From positions 45,992 through 109,991 of the forward strand of contig VMEV01000002.1 in NCBI GenBank assembly GCA_007375725.1: a stretch of 64,000 nucleotides of DNA. The letters are read 5' to 3'. The DNA comes from Parcubacteria group bacterium Greene0416_36. GTDB taxonomy: Bacteria; Patescibacteriota; Patescibacteriia; VMEV01. Both the position numbers and the translations under genes were made by a program. Positions 58,978-64,000 of the stretch are shown here, one piece after another. Below the pieces are notes generated by a model that searched no databases, was not told the DNA's origin, and saw only the letters and a list, made by a program, of their open reading frames with translations. Every line of letters begins with the position of its first letter. Position 1 is the stretch's first letter.

Positions 58978-59931
58978 GTGAAGGTGATGATTGGAGCTCA
59001 TTTTGTCACAAAAAATATGGGACTCGCTCAATTACAAAAAATAAAACGAATGAAAGTCGTGGAGCCTATTGTATTGGATGCTTCTCTTCTAAAGAAAGTG
59101 TCAAGGGCTTATGGCGAAGATCGTTTGCCCGATATAAAAAAGCGCGTGGAAGAATTGGATTATTATCGTATCCGTTATCAATCCGGTAAATATGAAGTCG
59201 AAGGATTTGTCATTGAGCCGAAGATGGGAGAAAATTTGCCCTGTCTTATTGTTAATCGCGGGGGATCGGGGGATTTTGGAAAGTGGGAAATGGAGAGATT
59301 ATTTGGTTTTCTGTCGAGGTTTGCCTCATGGGGTTACATTGTAATCGCTTCCCAGTATCGTGGATGCGGAGGGAGCGAGGGCAAAGATGAATTTGGGGGA
59401 TCGGATATTGAGGATGTTGTGAATTTGTATAAAATTCTCAAGGATTATCCGAGAGCTGATACGGAGAAGATCGGTATGTATGGAGCGAGCCGTGGCGGAA
59501 TGATGACCTATTTGATGCTTGCAAAAGTTCGCTGGTTGCGGGCTGCTGTTTCCGTTGCGGGGCTGGCGAATAAATTCCGGCAGCAAGAATTGCGTCCGGA
59601 TATGAAAGAGCATCAAGCTTTATTTTTCAACCCCACAAAAGCTGAATTAACAAGAAGATCTGCGGTATTTTGGGCGGATCAATTCGCAAAAAAAACGCCA
59701 TTGCTCATGATTCATGGGACGGCGGATTGGCGCGTGTCAGTTTTGGATTCTATTGAATTGGCTCAAGAATTGTATGAAAATAAAATTCCGTTTCGTCTGA
59801 ATGTGTTGGAAGGAGGAGATCATGGTTTGACGGAACATGATGCCGAAAAAATGAGGCAAATCCATGACTGGTTTGACCGTTTCGTCAAAAAAGGAGAAAA
59901 ATTACCGAATTTGAAATATCATGGGAAATGA
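58978..59931 (+). CDS. alpha/beta hydrolase (prolyl-oligopeptidase / dienelactone-hydrolase-like)
   Basis: nucleophile elbow MYGASRGGM, HGTADWRV, C-terminal His; start may be Met ~59017. Confidence 0.55.
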   Translation: MKVMIGAHFVTKNMGLAQLQKIKRMKVVEPIVLDASLLKKVSRAYGEDRLPDIKKRVEELDYYRIRYQSGKYEVEGFVIEPKMGENLPCLIVNRGGSGDFGKWEMERLFGFLSRFASWGYIVIASQYRGCGGSEGKDEFGGSDIEDVVNLYKILKDYPRADTEKIGMYGASRGGMMTYLMLAKVRWLRAAVSVAGLANKFRQQELRPDMKEHQALFFNPTKAELTRRSAVFWADQFAKKTPLLMIHGTADWRVSVLDSIELAQELYENKIPFRLNVLEGGDHGLTEHDAEKMRQIHDWFDRFVKKGEKLPNLKYHGK

Positions 59932-59958
59932 TGATTTTGTTTTAAACGTCGACCATTG

Positions 59959-59986
59959 AGTAGGGACGTTGGATGCAACGTCCCTA
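59959..59986. repeat. REP-like hairpin GTAGGGACGTTGGATGCAACGTCCCTAC (family B copy 2)
   Basis: 28 nt after hydrolase stop; near-identical to 19297-19325. Confidence 0.55.
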
Positions 59987-60136
59987 CTCAATGGTCTGAC
60001 ATTGACTCATCACCCTTTCTTTTATAGACTAAAACAATTATTAAATTTGGATTTTTGAGATTCTGTTGTTTCTAGATCCTGAATCCTTCCGCCAAAGGCG
60101 GATCCGCCTTTGGCGGAAAATCCTGAATCCTAATCT

Positions 60137-61903
60137 ATGTTTCGTACCAATACCTGCGGAGAACTCACTTCTTCGTTTGTCGGGAAAAAGGTCATGCTTT
60201 CGGGTTGGGTGCAGACTCGGCGCGATTTGGGGGGATTTATTTTCATTGATTTACGCGATCGTTTTGGTGTCACTCAAATCACTTTTTCCAAAGACGAGAA
60301 TCAGGCTCTCTGGGAGTCGGTGGATAAGCTTCGCTCGGAGTATGTGATTCGCGTGGAAGGCTCGGTGGTAGCTCGAGAAAAAAATAATATCAATTCTAAG
60401 TTAGCAACAGGAGAAATTGAACTCAAAGCTCGAGTCTTAGAAGTTCTCAATCCTTCCGAGCCTTTGCCTTTTGATTTATTTGGTCCGGATGCGGACAGCG
60501 TGAACGAGGAATTACGTTTGAAATATCGATTTTTGGATTTACGCCGGCCCCGCCTGCGAGACAATATTTTGTTCCGCGCGAAAATGATCCGCTATATCCG
60601 CAATTGGATGGAGAATACCGGTTATACCGAGTTTCAAACTCCGATTTTGACGGTCTCGTCACCTGAAGGATCGCGCGATTATTTGGTTCCGTCCCGACTT
60701 CACCCCGGGAATTTTTACGCGCTTCCTCAGGCGCCCCAGCAATTCAAGCAGCTCCTCATGATTTCGGGATTCGACAAGTATTTTCAGATCGCTCCGTGTT
60801 TCCGCGATGAAGACGCCCGTGCTGACCGCGCGCCCGGTGAATTCTATCAGCTCGACGTAGAATGCAGTTTCAAGACCCGCGATGAATTTTTGTCGGAGAT
60901 GGAGCCGCTATTCATTGATTTGACCGAGCAATTGACGGATAAAAAAGTATGGAAAAAGCCTTTTCCCCGCATTCCTTACAAACAGGCTCTGGATCTCTAT
61001 GGTTCGGATAAGCCGGATTTGCGCTATGGTTTGGAGTTCCACAATCTGACTGATTGGGCCAAGAAAAGCGCGGTCAAGATTTTCCACGGCGCGGATCATA
61101 CCAAGGGTATTTGTGTCTCCGGCGGAGCGGAATTTTCCAGAAAGGAAATTGAGGAAGAATTTGAAAAGACGGCCCAGGATAATGGCGCGGCGGGTCTGGT
61201 CTGGCTTAAGGTGAGGGATAGTGGACTTGAAGGATCGATTGCGAAATTGCTCACACCGGAGGATCAAGCTTATTTGATTCGTGAATTCGGGGCTAAAAAA
61301 GGCGATATTATCTTTATCATTTCAGCGGAATATTCGATTCTCTGCCGCTCCTTGGGACGCGTGCGCAACTTGGCGGCGGCCAAGAAGGGCCTCGCGGATC
61401 CCAAACTTATTGCTTGGGCATGGGTCGTCGATTTCCCCATGTATGAATACAATGATGAATTAAAAAAGATTGATTTTGTTCATAATCCCTTCTGCATGCC
61501 TCAAGGCGGCATGAAGGCTCTCTCGGAAATGGATCCGATCTCGATTTTGGCCGATCAGTATGACGTGGTGGCCAACGGCCTCGAGATCTGTTCGGGTTCA
61601 GTGCGCAACAATCGGCCGGATATTATGTATAAGGCCTTTAGTATCGCTGGGTACACGAAAGAAGAGGTGGACGCGAAGTTTGGCCACATGATCCGCGCCT
61701 TTTCTCTGGGCGCGCCTCCGCACTGCGGGTTTGCTCCTGGCATCGACCGTCTGGTGATGCTTTTCTCCGGCGAGAAAAATATCCGCGAGATCATTCCTTT
61801 TCCCAAGAATCAGGCCTGCCAGGATTTGATGATGAACGCGCCTGGGGAAGTGCGGCCGGAACAGCTGAGGGAATTGAAGATTAAGGTGGATTTGAAGATG
61901 TAA
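60137..61903 (+). CDS. aspS: aspartyl-tRNA synthetase
   Basis: N-terminal OB anticodon-binding domain, class II motifs FRDEDARADRAPGEFYQLD and GLDRLVMLF. Confidence 0.9.
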   Translation: MFRTNTCGELTSSFVGKKVMLSGWVQTRRDLGGFIFIDLRDRFGVTQITFSKDENQALWESVDKLRSEYVIRVEGSVVAREKNNINSKLATGEIELKARVLEVLNPSEPLPFDLFGPDADSVNEELRLKYRFLDLRRPRLRDNILFRAKMIRYIRNWMENTGYTEFQTPILTVSSPEGSRDYLVPSRLHPGNFYALPQAPQQFKQLLMISGFDKYFQIAPCFRDEDARADRAPGEFYQLDVECSFKTRDEFLSEMEPLFIDLTEQLTDKKVWKKPFPRIPYKQALDLYGSDKPDLRYGLEFHNLTDWAKKSAVKIFHGADHTKGICVSGGAEFSRKEIEEEFEKTAQDNGAAGLVWLKVRDSGLEGSIAKLLTPEDQAYLIREFGAKKGDIIFIISAEYSILCRSLGRVRNLAAAKKGLADPKLIAWAWVVDFPMYEYNDELKKIDFVHNPFCMPQGGMKALSEMDPISILADQYDVVANGLEICSGSVRNNRPDIMYKAFSIAGYTKEEVDAKFGHMIRAFSLGAPPHCGFAPGIDRLVMLFSGEKNIREIIPFPKNQACQDLMMNAPGEVRPEQLRELKIKVDLKM

Positions 61904-61920
61904 GACATGTAAGGCAAAAA

Positions 61921-61966
61921 ACTGTAAGGGCTCCGATGTTACATCGGAGCCCTTACAGTTTTTTTA
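61921..61966 (+). terminator. intrinsic terminator ACTGTAAGGGCTCCGATGT-TA-ACATCGGAGCCCTTACAGT + T7
   Basis: 19 bp stem right after aspS; GTAAGGG..CCCTTAC ends like the REP family. Confidence 0.7.
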
Positions 61967-61983
61967 GGCACTGACATATCAGT

Positions 61984-63042
61984 TTGGTTAAAATCGAAAA
62001 AAAATTTAAAATAAAGATGGAGGGCTATTTTGAGCCGAAGGTTCATCCGCCTATGGCGGGTTTCTTCTTTATGTTTATGATAACCGGACTATTAGATTTT
62101 TTATTGGGAGGTCAGATGGTGGGGATCCTTTTAGGCCAGGAGCCGAAAACCAAAACAATACGATGGGAGCCCGTGCGTTATTTCGTGGATCCGTACCTTT
62201 TTTCTTCGTCTCTTCCGGCGAGTCCCGACCGTCCTCGGCCCATTCCGCCCATACGGAAAGATTTTTCCAATATGGGGGTGGATATTACGGGACGATCAGC
62301 GATCGTGATGGACCAGAAAACCAAGGCAGTGCTCTTTGCCAAAGACGCGGATACTCCGATGCCTATCGCTTCTATTACAAAATTGGTTTCTTTATTAGTG
62401 GTTCTGGATGCTAATCCCAATTTGTCGGGGCAGGCATTTTTGGATCGGAAAGACTATTTGCAGGAAGGCATCCGTGTGGTATTCCCCAATGAAACCTATT
62501 TGATCAAAGATCTTTTTTTTGCAGCCTTGGTGGGATCGGACAATAATGCCATCGCGCTTCTGGCTCGTTCGACGAACTTATCCAAAGAAGAATTTGCGGC
62601 TCAAATGAATGCTATGGCCGCCACAATTGGAATGAAGGGGGCCTTGTTTGTGGAACCGACCGGGCTTGATCCTCTGAATATAGCTTCCGCGCAGGGTGTG
62701 GCACTGCTTTTGGATTACGCATCGGAGAAGCCGTACATGAGTACAGGGAGCCGCATGACTCAATATGTTTTCACTCCGGTAGGCTCGGCGGTCCGCCGCG
62801 CGGCCAATAGCACGGATAAGCTTTTGGGTACTTATTTGTCCCGAAGTCCCTACTCGGTGAATCTTTCAAAAACCGGATATATTGAAGAGGCTCTTTATTG
62901 TTTTTCTTTGCTGGTGTCCAATACCGAGAAAAAGGCATCCTTGGTTGGAGTGGTTCTGGGGTCGCAAGGCGCGCGGGAACGTTTTGACGAAGTGGAGGAT
63001 TTAGTCGCGTGGAGTTTAGATAATTATATTTGGTATGAGTAA
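61984..63042 (+). CDS. D-alanyl-D-alanine carboxypeptidase (serine-type, PBP5/S11-like)
   Basis: SITK (SxxK), GSDNNA (SxN), SKTGY (KTG); N-terminal TM, start may be internal Met. Confidence 0.7.
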   Translation: MVKIEKKFKIKMEGYFEPKVHPPMAGFFFMFMITGLLDFLLGGQMVGILLGQEPKTKTIRWEPVRYFVDPYLFSSSLPASPDRPRPIPPIRKDFSNMGVDITGRSAIVMDQKTKAVLFAKDADTPMPIASITKLVSLLVVLDANPNLSGQAFLDRKDYLQEGIRVVFPNETYLIKDLFFAALVGSDNNAIALLARSTNLSKEEFAAQMNAMAATIGMKGALFVEPTGLDPLNIASAQGVALLLDYASEKPYMSTGSRMTQYVFTPVGSAVRRAANSTDKLLGTYLSRSPYSVNLSKTGYIEEALYCFSLLVSNTEKKASLVGVVLGSQGARERFDEVEDLVAWSLDNYIWYE

Positions 63043-63811
63043 TGCTTCGCTCGAAGTCAAGAAAATCATAGTGGGGAATTGGAAATCGTATTTGAATTTT
63101 TGCCAGAGCGTAGAACTCGCTTTTGATTTGGAAAAAAAGATCAATTTCTTGGAGCCTGCGGTTCGCGTGATTATTTGTCCCTCCTCCATTGCTCTTTCTT
63201 CGATTCGCCCCATGCTTCGGGATATATTTTTGGGTGCGCAGGATGTCTCGGCATATCCGGTTGGGGCTTATACCGGAGAAATAACGGCCGAGAATCTTTT
63301 TTCTTTGGGCTGCTCTTATGTTATTATCGGCCATAGCGAGCGGCGGAAATTTGTGGGAGAGTCAGATAATTTGGCCAATAGAAAAGTGCTCTCGGCTTTG
63401 GCCAATAATTTGGTGCCGATTTTGTGCGTGGGCGAAACAGCCTCTCGGCGAGAAGAGGGGAAATTGGAACAGGTGATCCGAGTCCAGTTGGAAAAAGGTT
63501 TGGCAAGCGTAAAATTAGACAATACCCATTTACTCATTGCTTATGAGCCGATATGGGCGATAGGCACGGGGCGCGCGTGTTCCCCGGAGGACGCAAAGGA
63601 GGTTGCGCGGTTTGTGCGGCAGTGGCTGGGGGAGCGTTTTGGCGAAGGATCTTCCAGCGTAGGAATTCTCTATGGTGGATCAGTGAATCCGGAGAATGTG
63701 CTTTCGTATACGCAATTAAAAGAGGTTGACGGGGTTTTGGCGGGGGGGGCTTCCGTGAAGCTTTTAGATTTTTATAAAATCGTCGAAAAAATCAGTATTA
63801 GCCTGTTATAG
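63035..63811 (+). CDS. tpiA: triosephosphate isomerase
   Basis: IIGHSERR, AYEPIWAIGTG, LYGGSV motifs. Confidence 0.85.
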   Translation: MSNASLEVKKIIVGNWKSYLNFCQSVELAFDLEKKINFLEPAVRVIICPSSIALSSIRPMLRDIFLGAQDVSAYPVGAYTGEITAENLFSLGCSYVIIGHSERRKFVGESDNLANRKVLSALANNLVPILCVGETASRREEGKLEQVIRVQLEKGLASVKLDNTHLLIAYEPIWAIGTGRACSPEDAKEVARFVRQWLGERFGEGSSSVGILYGGSVNPENVLSYTQLKEVDGVLAGGASVKLLDFYKIVEKISISLL

Positions 63812-63814
63812 TTT

Positions 63815-64000
63815 ATGTATGATTTGATTCCATTTTTAGTGATAGGAGGGGCGGTGGCGGGCATTATTTTTATTTTGAGCCGAAGGTGGAATGATATTGT
63901 GTCGTTTAGTCCGAAAGATGAGGAATCTTCGGGGGATAAAGCAATCAAAAAACAGTTGGTGGAGCGGAGAATGGACCGCATCATTAAAGAGAAAAAAGAA
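63815..64000 (+). CDS. 5' part of a membrane-anchored hypothetical protein (runs off window)
   Basis: ATG then hydrophobic stretch IPFLVIGGAVAGIIFIL, no stop before window end. Confidence 0.25.
   Translation, partial: MYDLIPFLVIGGAVAGIIFILSRRWNDIVSFSPKDEESSGDKAIKKQLVERRMDRIIKEKKE

Overview
This is a low-GC, gene-dense bacterial window. Its features (many small secreted or membrane hypotheticals, a type IV pilin, several secreted or membrane proteins of unknown function) fit a Candidate Phyla Radiation (Patescibacteria)-like genome, but that is inference only.

The housekeeping backbone is well supported from motifs: pnp, pyk, RNase J, tRNA-Leu(CAG), secG, folD, glyA, ileS, ruvA, an FtsW/RodA-family protein, rplY, aspS, a DD-carboxypeptidase, tpiA, a Fur-family regulator and ssb.

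Two things stand out.

1. A dense population of small palindromic repeats.
- An ~85 bp MITE-like family (core CCCTCCCTTTGACAAGGGAGGG...CCCCCTTGTCAAAGGGGG, flanks CAACAAATCCC/GGGATTTGTTG) is present in six copies. One copy sits in-frame inside ileS.
- A second, REP-like family of 28-30 bp hairpins with GTAG/GTAA...CTAC/TTAC termini occurs at 13 or more loci. Several copies act as terminators, one lies inside a MITE with an 11 bp target-site duplication, and several sit in-frame inside coding sequence.
- A REP-associated tyrosine transposase (RAYT, IS200-like HuH) gene at 40925-41527 carries a copy of its own putative REP plus 30 bp tandem repeats in-frame.
- A GT2-GT4 glycosyltransferase fusion has REP-like sequence in its linker.

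2. A tightly packed plus-strand cassette at 11207-17040, which I cannot assign to a known pathway. It encodes an Acg-type nitroreductase-family protein, a Leu/Phe-type amino-acid dehydrogenase fused to a PaaK/CapK/F390-synthetase-like adenylating domain, a ThiF/E1-like protein and an alpha/beta hydrolase. A multi-TM sensor histidine kinase follows directly.

Other notable items:
- Tail-fibre-like secreted proteins with a peptidase-S74-type C-terminal chaperone domain, plus a second tail-fibre-like protein sharing their N-terminal motif.
- Recurrent heptamer motifs immediately upstream of start codons.
- A ~690 bp ORF-free region containing a Shine-Dalgarno-led 23-aa hydrophobic peptide candidate.

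No CRISPR array, rRNA gene or intact prophage was seen. Coordinates of non-ORF features are read by eye from the line labels and may be off by 1-2 nt.
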